From the IMG/VR virus record IMGVR_UViG_3300037502_002960, positions 19,360 through 83,359 of that record: a stretch of DNA of 64,000 nt. The stretch is one strand, 5' to 3'. The notes below the pieces were generated by a model. The model had not been told where the DNA came from. It ran no database searches and saw only the letters and a program-made list of their open reading frames with translations. Positions 1-10,948 of this stretch are shown here, one piece after another. The stretch's first letter is position 1, and every line of letters starts with the position of its first letter. The position numbers and the translations under genes were made by a program. The stretch is from a virus.

Positions 1-77
1 ATTGTCTACTTTCATTAATGAACCCTTTAAAAGAGACATTTTTAAATCTATAACCTTCATTTCTTTAAAATCCATGA

Positions 78-671
78 TTAAAACAGCCTTTTAGACTTTT
101 CAACCTCAATATCGGTTGGTGTCGTCTCTGGTGAGAAATAATCAGAAAATAGTCTTATGGCATCAAACTTGGAATTTACTGAAAGATGCTGGAAACCGTT
201 AAACGGCATAGTTATAATTGGATTGCCAGAACGTCTACCAATTGTATTTACTATTTCTTCCATAATCTCATAAGGTCTAATAAACTCTTTTTTATAACTT
301 TCATCCCAAGCCAGCCACAAATTTTTCGACACAATTATATCAATTACAAATGAAGATTCTCTAATTCTTTCACCGTCTAATTCTCCAGTAGAATAATAAG
401 CTCTAATCATACTCTTATCTTCTATTGTTGCTTCTGGGTCGAAAGGTGTAGGAGAAATTCTACAGAAAGAATCGGATTGTTTGATAATTTGAATATTTTT
501 TTTCTCCATATTATCTTGAAAGCTATTAAAACCATCTGGTCTACTAGCAATGTCAAAGTTGCTAGAGTCTTTGTCTATGATTAGTAGACTTACCAGCCTG
601 TCATTATATCTAAGCTGATTCATAACCTTTACAACTTCATTTGACATATTACTTATTTTAGCCATTACCAC
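78..671 (-). CDS. Putative head-tail joining/tail completion protein
   Basis: 197-aa ORF in the virion operon downstream of capsid and head-closure genes; function from synteny only. Confidence 0.45.
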   Translation of the reverse strand: MVMAKISNMSNEVVKVMNQLRYNDRLVSLLIIDKDSSNFDIASRPDGFNSFQDNMEKKNIQIIKQSDSFCRISPTPFDPEATIEDKSMIRAYYSTGELDGERIRESSFVIDIIVSKNLWLAWDESYKKEFIRPYEIMEEIVNTIGRRSGNPIITMPFNGFQHLSVNSKFDAIRLFSDYFSPETTPTDIEVEKSKRLF

Positions 672-1414
672 AATCCTCCTTCTGTCTCTGTAATGATATC
701 TGTATCATCTGTATCGTAATTATTATGTGCGTAACCATTGACGAAATCATCTTGAGTATTTTCTGTAGTTATTTTTAATGTACATTGAATAAGACCGTTG
801 CTATTTGAATCAATGTTGGTTATATCATCTATACCAACAATCTCATACACTTTACTATTAAAAATGAATCTAAAATTTAAATTAAAGTTTCTTGTCAAGT
901 CATTACTTTCAAAAGTTAAAAACATCTGACCCATCGGCAACCTAACATCATATTTGTTCCACTCAATGTCATTCTTGCTTTGCTTAGACTTAGAGCCTAA
1001 GTCAGTTGCAGAAACGATACATTTTATATCATGCTTTACGCCATCTTTGTCAACCCATCTTAATCTTTGATTTATTTTTAGCGCTAACATTTTTAAACTT
1101 GTTGATGCGTTACCACCATATTTATCTATTAACATATACCACTCATCGTCTATAAGAACATTCATACCTATTTCCAATGTCTCCATAGGTCTAAGTATTA
1201 CCTCTCTTAAAGTACCAAGTCTCTCAACTTCAACAACTCTAGCGTCAATTTCAGTAATTTCTATATGAGTTAAAGAGTCAACTTGTAGCCTCCTAAAAGT
1301 TGGAGATGAAGAAAAGTTCTCATTGATAAAGTTAATAGTATTTTCTTGATAAACGTCGCCAACATTATCTCCACTTCTACCTAGCCTTCTTGAATACTTG
1401 TCTAGATATGACAC
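665..1414 (-). CDS. Putative head closure/neck protein
   Basis: 249 aa, beta-rich; position after adaptor gene as in SPbeta-like phages. Confidence 0.5.
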   Translation of the reverse strand: MSYLDKYSRRLGRSGDNVGDVYQENTINFINENFSSSPTFRRLQVDSLTHIEITEIDARVVEVERLGTLREVILRPMETLEIGMNVLIDDEWYMLIDKYGGNASTSLKMLALKINQRLRWVDKDGVKHDIKCIVSATDLGSKSKQSKNDIEWNKYDVRLPMGQMFLTFESNDLTRNFNLNFRFIFNSKVYEIVGIDDITNIDSNSNGLIQCTLKITTENTQDDFVNGYAHNNYDTDDTDIITETEGGLW

Positions 1415-1416
1415 AT

Positions 1417-1731
1417 CTAAACACCTTCAATCTTATTTAGCATTGTTTTGATAATATTTATAGATTTAAAAACTTCTCTTTTAATTATTTTCTTCTCGCT
1501 ATTGGTTTTGGCAACCTCTTTCTTTATTGACTCTAATGTTGATAATAAAGAAATGTACTCAGATGAGCTTTCCATATTCACAACGTTTTCTAAACCATAT
1601 AGTTCAAATATGAGAGATTCTACGTATGTGTCAACACCTTCGTTGTTCTCTTCATATAATGGTAAAACTTTAAATACACTATTTATTAGGGTGTCAAGAT
1701 ACCCAACTAATCTTTCGTTGTTAGAAATCAT
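1417..1731 (-). CDS. Hypothetical virion-operon protein
   Basis: 104 aa, overlaps or abuts both neighbours. Confidence 0.55.
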   Translation of the reverse strand: MISNNERLVGYLDTLINSVFKVLPLYEENNEGVDTYVESLIFELYGLENVVNMESSSEYISLLSTLESIKKEVAKTNSEKKIIKREVFKSINIIKTMLNKIEGV

Positions 1732-2306
1732 TGCCCCATCTCCATATATGTGTATTCTGTTATAAGTTTTTTTGACTCTTTTTGCAAGAGCCTATATAGT
1801 AAGTTTAGTTCTCTTAGCTGATTTGCCTGAGAGTATATTTTAAAATCTTTATCACTCAATGATTGTTTTATTACTTCTGTTGATAGCACCTGAGGCTTCA
1901 TATATTCTACAAGCATTAAATGTGTTAAGATTGCCATTTCAAATTCTGTTAAACTATTAGGTATAATAGCGTTTTCTATAGTGTATAGACCATTTTGATA
2001 AGATATGTCAGATTCTAGAACATCGTATTTATTAATAAGCTCTGTTTTATTCTCTACAGTATCGCTATCATATTTTTCTTTTACGGTCTTTTTTACACCA
2101 AAATAGTGACCGATTTCATCTTCTAGTAAATCAAGGTTATTTTTACATTTATAAAATTTTGGTTTTGCCTTTTTATAATATGTCAGTAAATCCTCTTTTA
2201 CACCAGTTGGGTCGGTCTGTATACTTTGTAATAGTTTGTAATCAGATAAGCTAGACAGAAAATAGTCATACAATTCATCTAAATATGTTCTTTCCATCTT
2301 GGACAC
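1728..2306 (-). CDS. Putative head-tail connector (adaptor)
   Basis: 192 aa, C-terminal DFKIYSQAN motif seen in adaptors of SPbeta-like phages; synteny. Confidence 0.55.
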   Translation of the reverse strand: MSKMERTYLDELYDYFLSSLSDYKLLQSIQTDPTGVKEDLLTYYKKAKPKFYKCKNNLDLLEDEIGHYFGVKKTVKEKYDSDTVENKTELINKYDVLESDISYQNGLYTIENAIIPNSLTEFEMAILTHLMLVEYMKPQVLSTEVIKQSLSDKDFKIYSQANQLRELNLLYRLLQKESKKLITEYTYMEMGQ

Positions 2307-2312
2307 CTCTTA

Positions 2313-2996
2313 TCAGTCATTTTTAATTTTAATTACATCTTCTAAGGGTGCGTTATCCTCTAATGAAAAACCAAATAACTGCTGGATTGTGTTAATCTTT
2401 TTAACACTGTCTAATTTACCATTAGTATACATTTCCTTAGCTTTTTCAATAAACGCCTGTTTTGCACCTTTAGGCATATTTTTTACAAAAACTTCGATTT
2501 CTTCTGGAGATTTAGAAATGATTTCTTCTACATTTTGTGGTGTCACAATATTTTTATAAATTTCAGTCAACTCAAATTCATCTTGAATGTGTGGATTCAG
2601 AACAATTAACCAGCCGTCTTTAAAGACTTTTGGGCTTCTGTTTCTAATATTTAATAGTTCACCATATGGAATTTTAGTTGTTTGACCAAAATCTGTCATT
2701 CTCCAAACACGACCAGTCATATCTGACCTGTGGACTAATGTTCCGCTTAAACCGTTCATAACAACAATTAGGTCATCGTCTTTAAATTTAAAAGCTTTTG
2801 TCTCAACAACAACTGTCTTTTCAATTTCTTTTCTTTCTTCTGCTTCTTTTAAATCTTTATCTTCCTGCTCAACCATCTCTTCTAGTTTAGCATTTGTATA
2901 AATTTTTCCATTTTCGTCTTTTAAGTCTTCTTTGTCATAGCCATATTCTTCAATTAAAAGTTTTACTAATTCTTTTTTAGATAATTTTTTAACCAT
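2313..2996 (-). CDS. Hypothetical protein following the major capsid gene
   Basis: 227 aa, purine-rich RBS (AAAAGGGG). Confidence 0.55.
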   Translation of the reverse strand: MVKKLSKKELVKLLIEEYGYDKEDLKDENGKIYTNAKLEEMVEQEDKDLKEAEERKEIEKTVVVETKAFKFKDDDLIVVMNGLSGTLVHRSDMTGRVWRMTDFGQTTKIPYGELLNIRNRSPKVFKDGWLIVLNPHIQDEFELTEIYKNIVTPQNVEEIISKSPEEIEVFVKNMPKGAKQAFIEKAKEMYTNGKLDSVKKINTIQQLFGFSLEDNAPLEDVIKIKND

Positions 2997-3021
2997 TATT
3001 ACTACCCCTTTTTCTCATTTT

Positions 3022-3046
3022 TAAGGGGTTGATTTCTCAACCCCTA
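3022..3046 (-). terminator. Hairpin terminator/attenuator after major capsid gene
   Basis: AGGGGTTGA-tttc-TCAACCCCT inverted repeat. Confidence 0.5.
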
Positions 3047-3065
3047 TTTGTTATAATATTATTTA

Positions 3066-4064
3066 TTAAGCACCAAATTTAACGAAACCGAATGCTTTAG
3101 AAGTTACAACGGCAATACCAAACTTGTTAGATACAAAGTATTCTTGCATCATGTCAGATGAAGTTCCACCTTGATTATCTTGGATAATTGCGTCACCTTC
3201 GTTAACAACTTTAACCATTTTGTCTGCATTTTGTGGTAATAATAATACAAAGTCATTACCAATTGAGAATTCGTCAGTACCATATTTATGGGTTTGAGCG
3301 ATTTCACGTAGTTCGATACTAGCAATTTTGCCATAGTATCCTAAGTCGTTCTTAGTATCAACCATAGCATCAGTTGTAGCGTCTGGAGCTAGCTTACGTA
3401 AAGCAAGTTTAGTACCGTGGATTGCCACTTTTTCACCAGTACGAGCCTCAATATGCATAGCCAATTCAATAATTTCTTCCTCTGTAGGAACAGTTGTTGC
3501 AGTAAAGTGATATGTACCATTGTACTCACCATATGATTGCATTACAGCAATAGCAATACGTTCGTTAAGGTCTTTCTTGAACGACTTTGCAATTCCTTCG
3601 ATGAAATCAGCCCAGTCAACACGACCTGCTAAGAAGCGGTGGAAATCTTCTCCAACTTTAATAGCATATGTATCAAGAGATACTGAGAACTCTTGTCCAT
3701 CACGTAAACGTTGTCTACGGATATTACTATTTCCATCAGAAACGAGAGCGACACGGAATAAGTTGTTTGCAGGAACTTTAAATAAGTTTTCATCGCCCCA
3801 TGCTAAGTTACGATATTCTGCGAAAGCCTCTAAATCGTTTGAAAGGTCTTCTTGAACAGTTTCGTTGATAATTTCTTCAAGAATTTCAAAGATTTCTACC
3901 TTATGTTTACGGAAAGTTTTACGGTCAATCTTACCGTTTCCTTCTAGTGAGAATTCCATTAATTCTGCGAAAGCCTTACGAAGTGCATCGTTAGCTTCAT
4001 TTGTTGAATAGTTTTGTACTCTGCCTTTTGCTAAATCGACAGCTAATTTAATCATTTCATTCAT
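3066..4064 (-). CDS. Major capsid protein (SPbeta YonB-like)
   Basis: 332 aa, GGAGG RBS, typical MCP size and C-terminus, order portal-protease-decoration-MCP. Confidence 0.8.
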   Translation of the reverse strand: MNEMIKLAVDLAKGRVQNYSTNEANDALRKAFAELMEFSLEGNGKIDRKTFRKHKVEIFEILEEIINETVQEDLSNDLEAFAEYRNLAWGDENLFKVPANNLFRVALVSDGNSNIRRQRLRDGQEFSVSLDTYAIKVGEDFHRFLAGRVDWADFIEGIAKSFKKDLNERIAIAVMQSYGEYNGTYHFTATTVPTEEEIIELAMHIEARTGEKVAIHGTKLALRKLAPDATTDAMVDTKNDLGYYGKIASIELREIAQTHKYGTDEFSIGNDFVLLLPQNADKMVKVVNEGDAIIQDNQGGTSSDMMQEYFVSNKFGIAVVTSKAFGFVKFGA

Positions 4065-4093
4065 TTCAAATTTTCCTCCCTATTTTTGGTTAA

Positions 4094-4600
4094 TTACCGT
4101 ACAACTTGTACAGCATATGAATCAGTATTTAAGTCTAGTTCTCTAGTCGCATCTTCGATTACTTTGAAAGCAATTTTTGCAGTATCTGCATCAGCTGGTA
4201 AAGTTGGCACACCTAGCTTACCAGCAGTTTTAACAGTTAAAAGATCACCTTTAGCTGGTACACCATCAAATAAATCAGCAGTTAAAGTAATGATATCACC
4301 ATCTGCTAAGCGATAAGCACGAGCAGTTTTACCAGCTTCAATTAGATAGTCTGCTAATTTATACTTTCTTTCATCAGCCATAACCTCTGGGTTGTGGACT
4401 AAAAGAACCTCTTCTGCCATATCTGCTTCAACAGCAAGAGTACCATATTTTACCTCTGCCTCACCTGCAACTAAATCACCAAGCTTTACAAATACACCAT
4501 TAGTAGTTTCTACAGCAGTGCTACCATCATTAGTGACAATAACTGATTCTAAATTACCGTTATAACCAGATAAAACTCTATCTTTACGTACAATAGCCAT
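4094..4600 (-). CDS. Head decoration/capsid-stabilising protein (YonC-like)
   Basis: 168 aa Ala/Gly/Val-rich, directly upstream of MCP. Confidence 0.65.
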   Translation of the reverse strand: MAIVRKDRVLSGYNGNLESVIVTNDGSTAVETTNGVFVKLGDLVAGEAEVKYGTLAVEADMAEEVLLVHNPEVMADERKYKLADYLIEAGKTARAYRLADGDIITLTADLFDGVPAKGDLLTVKTAGKLGVPTLPADADTAKIAFKVIEDATRELDLNTDSYAVQVVR

Positions 4601-4627
4601 TTTTAAATTCCTCCATTTTTATAATTA

Positions 4628-6214
4628 TTATTTATTTCTATATTTTTCAACTAAACCACCATAAGGTGTTTCGTCTACTTTATCTTTGCTGAAACTTAAC
4701 TTAATAGTTTCTTTTTCTTTCTTTGTAAAATTCTTTTTGCTAGCAACTTTTTTACCTAAAATTGCATAACATTTTTCTTCAATTTCTTCTAAAGAAAATT
4801 CATGAACATTAATATCTTTTACATCTTCTTCGTTTAACTGGAATTTTTCAAAGATATCTTTCGAGTTAGATTCATGCTCATCTTTTAACTTATCAAGTTT
4901 AAACTCTTTTAACTCTTCATTTTCTTCTTTTAAAGATTCGTATGTAGAGCGCATTAAACTTAAAGCATCTTTTTCTTCTTTTGTTAAATACTCAGCGAAT
5001 ACCTCACCTAAGTTTTCTACAAGTTCTGCTTTTTCATTTACAATCTGATAAGCAATCTTATAATGCTTGTTTTCGCTATAGTTATAAGCAACAAAGGTTT
5101 TTTCAAACACTTCTGTTACATACATATCACCGTAGCCTAATTCTTCAATTAAACCATAAAGTGATGAACGAATATCTTCATGAGACATTTCAAAAAACAC
5201 TGTAAATACCTTGTCTTCTTTTTCTTCATCTTCTGTATTTTCGTCAATAACTTCTTCTAAAGTTTCTTCTGTTACTTCATCATGATTTTCTTCATCTTCG
5301 GTCTCAGTATCAACTTTATCTTCAGTTACGACTACAGTCTCTTCTTGAGATTCTTCTTGTTCAACTTGTTCAACTTTATCTTCTGCTAAAATTTCATCTT
5401 CTGAATCATCTTCAACATCGGTATCAAAAGCTTCTTTCACAGCAACTTCCAAATCTTCATCGTTTAATGATTCAAAGTCAATATTTTTTGCTGTTAAATC
5501 TTCTTTTGAAATAGAATATTTTTCTAACAATTCTTCAAGCAATTTACTATCCCCTTTCTCTTCTGATAAGGAAGTTTTTAACTCATAAATCATATGAGAA
5601 AACTCTTTCTTAAATTCATTTTTATTCAAAGAGTAACCAGTTATACTAGCATCTTCAAAGGCTGGCTCAACATTGTCGCCCAAAATACATAATGCTGAAA
5701 AATTGAAACCATCAATAATATAAGTGTCTTTTTCATCAGACCATTTTCCATCTGTGATTTCAATCTCCATTGACTGACCTTTGCCATTTTCAATAATGTC
5801 ATAAGCTTCTTCGTATCTACCAGTCCACAAGTAACACCCATGGATTGTCAAATACTCTCTTGTGACACCATCGTCACCTTTAACTTCTTCCCATTCATAT
5901 GTAGCTGATTCTGGAACAACACCGTATGGCTTTGTTGTATGAATATATTTGTATGTATCAATATCAATTTTGCCACCGTGACCTTTATAGTCTTCTGATT
6001 CAACAGAGTATTCTCCAACAATCGGAATATTTTTTAACGTGGGAAGAGCTTTTTCGACCGCATTTTTTGTAATGTAAGATGCGTTTCTATTCTGTCCAGT
6101 ATACATAACTCTTACTTTGCAGGTAGAGAAAAGTGGATTAATCGCTTTAACATCACTAATATTTGCTTTAAACTCTAAAATTTTATCCATTTTTACTTCT
6201 CCACCCCCTTTCAA
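4628..6214 (-). CDS. Prohead protease/scaffold (YonD-like)
   Basis: N-terminal protease-like domain (GQSMEI, FSALCILG..VEPAF) and acidic coiled-coil C-terminus; true start probably the second Met (~6190). Confidence 0.75.
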   Translation of the reverse strand: MKGGGEVKMDKILEFKANISDVKAINPLFSTCKVRVMYTGQNRNASYITKNAVEKALPTLKNIPIVGEYSVESEDYKGHGGKIDIDTYKYIHTTKPYGVVPESATYEWEEVKGDDGVTREYLTIHGCYLWTGRYEEAYDIIENGKGQSMEIEITDGKWSDEKDTYIIDGFNFSALCILGDNVEPAFEDASITGYSLNKNEFKKEFSHMIYELKTSLSEEKGDSKLLEELLEKYSISKEDLTAKNIDFESLNDEDLEVAVKEAFDTDVEDDSEDEILAEDKVEQVEQEESQEETVVVTEDKVDTETEDEENHDEVTEETLEEVIDENTEDEEKEDKVFTVFFEMSHEDIRSSLYGLIEELGYGDMYVTEVFEKTFVAYNYSENKHYKIAYQIVNEKAELVENLGEVFAEYLTKEEKDALSLMRSTYESLKEENEELKEFKLDKLKDEHESNSKDIFEKFQLNEEDVKDINVHEFSLEEIEEKCYAILGKKVASKKNFTKKEKETIKLSFSKDKVDETPYGGLVEKYRNK

Positions 6215-6226
6215 AATTTAGTTAAG

Positions 6227-7720
6227 CTATTTATCTCTAGCTCTAGCACCCTCATCGCCAATATCCTCAACCTCAGATTCTGGTCTACCTTCTGATTCTT
6301 CAATACCATCAGAACCCATGGTGTGACTACTAGCCAAAGGAATTAAATTATGATGCAATTCAAACACATCATTTTCAAGTGTAATTAAATTTGTAAGTTC
6401 AATAGGGCTTAAACCTAATACAGCACCGATATGGCTTTTAACTGGAATACCGTATTGAGCTGATTCAAGATACATCTTATGTTTCTCTTTTTCATTAAAT
6501 CTAGTAACATCTAAAATATCTACACTAAACATAAGATTTTTAAAATTAAACTTAAGGTATCTGTTTAACCATCTTTCAATCTGGTTTAATACATCAAAAA
6601 CAATATTTTCATCTGTCTTAATAGACATTTGTAAACCTTGTGATGTAGATTTATCTGCATTAAATAGTAATTGAGAAGTACCATTTCCAGACCAGAAGTC
6701 TCTTTCAGCTTTTGCGACACCATCACTGTCAGCCCTATCTTTGTCAAACTTAACTGTATCAATTGGCATAGGTGAAGTGATAACCCCAACATTATCTGGA
6801 ACCGTTTCTGATGCTAAATTGTGGAAATACATCATTGTATCCATATCAATCATAAAGTCGTTGTTATCTTCAGAATCTTTTCTCATAGGAAGTTCTTGAG
6901 TAATTAACATATAATTACTAATCTCTTCTTTATTTTTTCTTAATCTCTTGAATCCTTCCATATCAAAAATTGCATCAAAACTTCCAGCAAACGGTGGAAA
7001 TGTTTCTAACATAGACTCATTGATTTTAATACAAATAGTATTCTGAGAATCAAGTTCAACCCAACTACCTAATCTTCTATCATTTACTTTTCTGTTTTTC
7101 CATAAGATATATTTCTGTTGAACCTCTTCTGCCCAACTAGAAAGTTCATCTTCATTACCAGAAAAATGTTCCATATTTATACTAAAACTATAAACACCAT
7201 CTTCAACAGAAGTTATCTTTGCGATTGAGCTGTCAATTTTTTGTATATAAAAATCATTCTTTGTTTTATGTACATAGCCAAAAAACACATCTTCGACAAA
7301 AGCTACATTTAATAGCTTGGTAAATTCGTGTTTTATATTTAAAACTTTTAAGAATTCTGCAACTTGATTATATTGCTTTAAAATCTTAGTTTTATCTATA
7401 CCTGCCAAACTAACAGATGGTACTAATACATGCGCAAAGGTTGGCATTTCTGCAAAGTGCCTAACCAATCTTTGATATTGTGGGCTTTTTGCATATAATA
7501 ATTTTGATACATCAACTAGTTTTTTCTGATTTTTTTCTAGTTTAAATCCTTCTAAAAATGTCTGAATATCACTTTGCTTATATTTGGAAAGTAAAGATTT
7601 GCTGTTCAAATCCCTTGATAAATCATTAATAACTAACTTAGCAAAATCTTCTCTTTTAAAAGACATAGAATTTCTTCTGATATTATCAACATTCCTCACG
7701 TCTCTATCATTAGTCGTCAT
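6227..7720 (-). CDS. Portal protein (YonE-like)
   Basis: 497 aa between terminase and protease. Confidence 0.75.
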   Translation of the reverse strand: MTTNDRDVRNVDNIRRNSMSFKREDFAKLVINDLSRDLNSKSLLSKYKQSDIQTFLEGFKLEKNQKKLVDVSKLLYAKSPQYQRLVRHFAEMPTFAHVLVPSVSLAGIDKTKILKQYNQVAEFLKVLNIKHEFTKLLNVAFVEDVFFGYVHKTKNDFYIQKIDSSIAKITSVEDGVYSFSINMEHFSGNEDELSSWAEEVQQKYILWKNRKVNDRRLGSWVELDSQNTICIKINESMLETFPPFAGSFDAIFDMEGFKRLRKNKEEISNYMLITQELPMRKDSEDNNDFMIDMDTMMYFHNLASETVPDNVGVITSPMPIDTVKFDKDRADSDGVAKAERDFWSGNGTSQLLFNADKSTSQGLQMSIKTDENIVFDVLNQIERWLNRYLKFNFKNLMFSVDILDVTRFNEKEKHKMYLESAQYGIPVKSHIGAVLGLSPIELTNLITLENDVFELHHNLIPLASSHTMGSDGIEESEGRPESEVEDIGDEGARARDK

Positions 7721-7735
7721 TCATATCACCCCTAT

Positions 7736-9761
7736 CTATTCGAAAGTTCTATATTTTGGTTTTTTAACTGCAACATAACCTGTTGCATTAAACTTAGGTC
7801 TATTTTTCTTGCGCTGATTTTTCTTTTCTTCAAGGTATATATAGTAGAGTCCGTATGAAACTGCAGAATATCTATCCTTTTCCATTTGGCTTGATACACG
7901 CTTGACTCTAGTTTTATTGCCCTGTGCTTCGAATGTCAAGTTCATAACTTCATCAACGAATAATGATGTTTCCACGTGTGGAATCAATTGTTGTGCAAGT
8001 TTTTCAGAATCTTTTTCTTTACTCTCTTCTTTTATGACATTTTCACTAACAAGTAATTTTAGGTCATGGTTTGAAATGGTAGCCATAAAGTGGTTATGTA
8101 TATCTGATGCACTTGTCTCTTTTGTGTTAGACATGACATTAAATATAAGTGGTAGTGAATTTGGTTGTTTATATTTATCATAACTGCTATCATTAACAAC
8201 AGAATATGAAGGAAATCTGTCTTCTTTTACAAGATAGTCTATCAAACCTCTACCTAAACCATTACCATCGACTACAACCATAGATGCATTATATTTGCTA
8301 ACAAGTTCTTTAACGTAAATTGATTGTTTTTCAAAGTGCATATTGCCTTTATATGTATGTATATTAACTAGGTGTTTAATATAAGTCCCATTACCTCTTG
8401 CTGTAAGTTTAAATACAGCAATTGCTGTTGTTGCTGTCTTTTTCTTTTCTGAACGTGCAACGTCAACAGACAATACGTATTTTACATCAGATTTAACTTT
8501 TAAAGCTTCTAACTCTGATTTCACCAATACTCTTGATTTTTCCAAGTCTTTTAGTTGAACCAAGCTGTTCTCGCTTGAACCAGTCCACACACTCATATAT
8601 TCTCTCAATTTGTTATCGTGAGGGCTTTTTATCTCTCACTTCTAGGAGTTTCCCCCATTATACCTTGTTAATTCAAGGCTAGTTCAGCATACATTTTCAC
8701 CTTCGTACGTTAGTATGTTAAGGTGTTGGACGCTCTTGGCAGAATTATATTCTAATTTAATAGTTTCATCTGCTATGCGTTACGATACTACATATTTTTT
8801 ATGATATATAGTTATCTCGGTATTACCATATCTAATTAATATTAAAGTTAGGTTTCACCGATATCGCCCAATAATAATTCTGAATATTTCTAATCAGAAC
8901 GCCAAAAAATTTAGCATATTGAAGTGGACTCATTGACGGGTCATTTTTTACCTCTTCTATGTAAGCTGGGTCTAGTTGCTCAAACATAACTGGTAAAGTC
9001 CAATCATTACCAATCACAAAAGCTGATTTGCCCATAGCCATTTCTGTCATAACGCTAAATAATTGTTCCCAAGCATACGACTGTTTTGAACTTGCCGTAG
9101 TAACGTAGCTCAATTGTTTATGGATATCATATTTTGAAACTTTACCATCTGCACCCTTACGGTTGTTTGCTAGTAATGGTAATAGTACCTCACCGATAAT
9201 TTCTCTGTGTTTTTCCATACTAACAATCTCTTCAAAACTAAGTCCGTGTCTTCTGAGACCACGTGAACCTTGACTCGCAACAACAATATCTAAGATACTG
9301 CCGTTCCAAAACGTAAGCCTTGTAAAGTCTTTTGCAAAAGTATGTTTTTTAACTTCGCCTTTTAACAAGGGAATAAAATTCCAAATAGCCTCTATATTAG
9401 CTTGACTGATTTGGGCGGCTTGGTCTTTTTGTGGCGCAACCAAAGATAATTTAATTCCTGGATAAAATATACATTTAAGATACATACTTAAAATATTTAG
9501 GAAAGATTTACTCGTTCCCCTAGTAGATGTGATGTACTAATAAACCTTCTTGTATCTCGCCATAATTCTTAAAAATAATCTCTGAAAAGGGTAAAGTTCA
9601 AAAGAACCGTCTTTAGGCTTTATATAGTCTATAAATAAATCTGGGTAGTATTGAAAAAACGCTAACATATTTGCAAATATTGGTAGCATATCTTCAACGT
9701 TTTTAACATTAGTTCCTTGAACATTCTCTAATTCAGACCATGGTTTCCACTTAGAAGTCAT
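7736..9761 (-). CDS. terL: Terminase large subunit; exons 9761-8913 and 8605-7736, with in-frame TAG at 9537-9539
   Basis: LYPFQ adenine-binding motif, Walker A TRGTSKS, RGLRR..FEE Walker B region, RNase H-like nuclease motifs (SVDVAR, DGNGLG, KDRYSA); spliced junction reads SPLQYA|REYMSVWTG. Confidence 0.88.
8606..8912 (-). mobile_element. Group I intron (307 nt, no ORF) in terL
   Basis: 5' exon ends in U, P1 GCU|AAA pairs with UUUGGC (U.G wobble), core motifs UAUCGGUGAAACC, AAUACCGAG, GUAACGCAUA/UAUGCUG, terminal G; removal restores the frame. Confidence 0.88.
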
Positions 9762-9799
9762 TGTGCATCACCTCCGTTTCAAGGAAAGCGGTTTTTGAA

Positions 9800-10792
9800 T
9801 TAATCATCTAAATCACCGTCTTCACCAGAATCGTTCAATCCAAGCTCATCTTCATAATCTTCATCAATTTCAACTGGTGTTAAATCTTCTTTATAAAACT
9901 CTTCCAACTCATCTTTCATCTCTTCTGGAATGTCTCTAAGAATCTCTTTACCAACCAATCTATGATAATAATTAGACAACGCAATCATCATGCCATCAAC
10001 AATATCTCTTTCAAACTCTACTGGCGGTGGTTGTCTCCAACCTCTTTTTTCAACTTCCTCCCATATCTGAGAAAAGCTTCTTATACCAGTAGCATCATCA
10101 ATGCCTTTTCTATCAACAGGTCTAAAGCCTGCTGACTTCATCATATCTTCATATGTTTTACTAATTTTACTATAGTCTGTCCACTCTTTACCTCTTCTTA
10201 GCCTGTCTCTATCGACAGACAGATAAGCTAACTGCATTAACATATCAATGTGTGTAGGTGTGTGTATTTCATGAGTAGACCTCATATCTTGATAGAATTT
10301 CTCTAATTGCAAGTATTCTTTTTGATTATAACCTGTACCCCATTTATCAACCATTTCATCTGAGTATTCTATAATCTTTCCTGTAGTAGTTTCTATTGTA
10401 TTCGGTGGATTTACCGACGATAAATCAACATTGCCACTATCTTGTATTCCATCGCTATTCATAAAAGTTTTACCTTTATATTGATGAAGTGAACCAACCA
10501 TACTAAGGTAACTACCAATAGGATTCCTTTTTTCCTTATTTTTCATTACTTTATCCCATTCTTCTTGATAGAATGGTTTATCTATTTGTCTTAAAAATCC
10601 GATTACCTCTTCCAAGTTTTCATAATCTATGCTCTCTCTGACGCAATCTCGACAAATATCAAGTCTACCGTCTGGGAATAGAGGGCTATCAACTTTATAA
10701 AAAGTGCTTTCTGGTTTTTCTTTGCCACACTTTCCTTTGCAAAGTTTTTTTGGAACAGGACTGGATTTCTTTTCTATCTTCCTAGGTTTCAA
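9800..10792 (-). CDS. Putative terminase small subunit with N-terminal Zn finger (YonG-like)
   Basis: 330 aa, CKGKC..CRDC, directly upstream of terL. Confidence 0.55.
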   Translation of the reverse strand: MKPRKIEKKSSPVPKKLCKGKCGKEKPESTFYKVDSPLFPDGRLDICRDCVRESIDYENLEEVIGFLRQIDKPFYQEEWDKVMKNKEKRNPIGSYLSMVGSLHQYKGKTFMNSDGIQDSGNVDLSSVNPPNTIETTTGKIIEYSDEMVDKWGTGYNQKEYLQLEKFYQDMRSTHEIHTPTHIDMLMQLAYLSVDRDRLRRGKEWTDYSKISKTYEDMMKSAGFRPVDRKGIDDATGIRSFSQIWEEVEKRGWRQPPPVEFERDIVDGMMIALSNYYHRLVGKEILRDIPEEMKDELEEFYKEDLTPVEIDEDYEDELGLNDSGEDGDLDD

Positions 10793-10948
10793 AAATAAAA
10801 CCTCCTGTCTAATACTAATGTTAATAAAAGAAAATTACTCCCTCATATAATAGTGCTTTACTGAGGTGTTTTTTCACCCTCTTTTATTAACTTTTTTTAT
10901 TTATAGGTATTTTTACCTATAAAAATAAACTTTAACAAGCACAACCTG

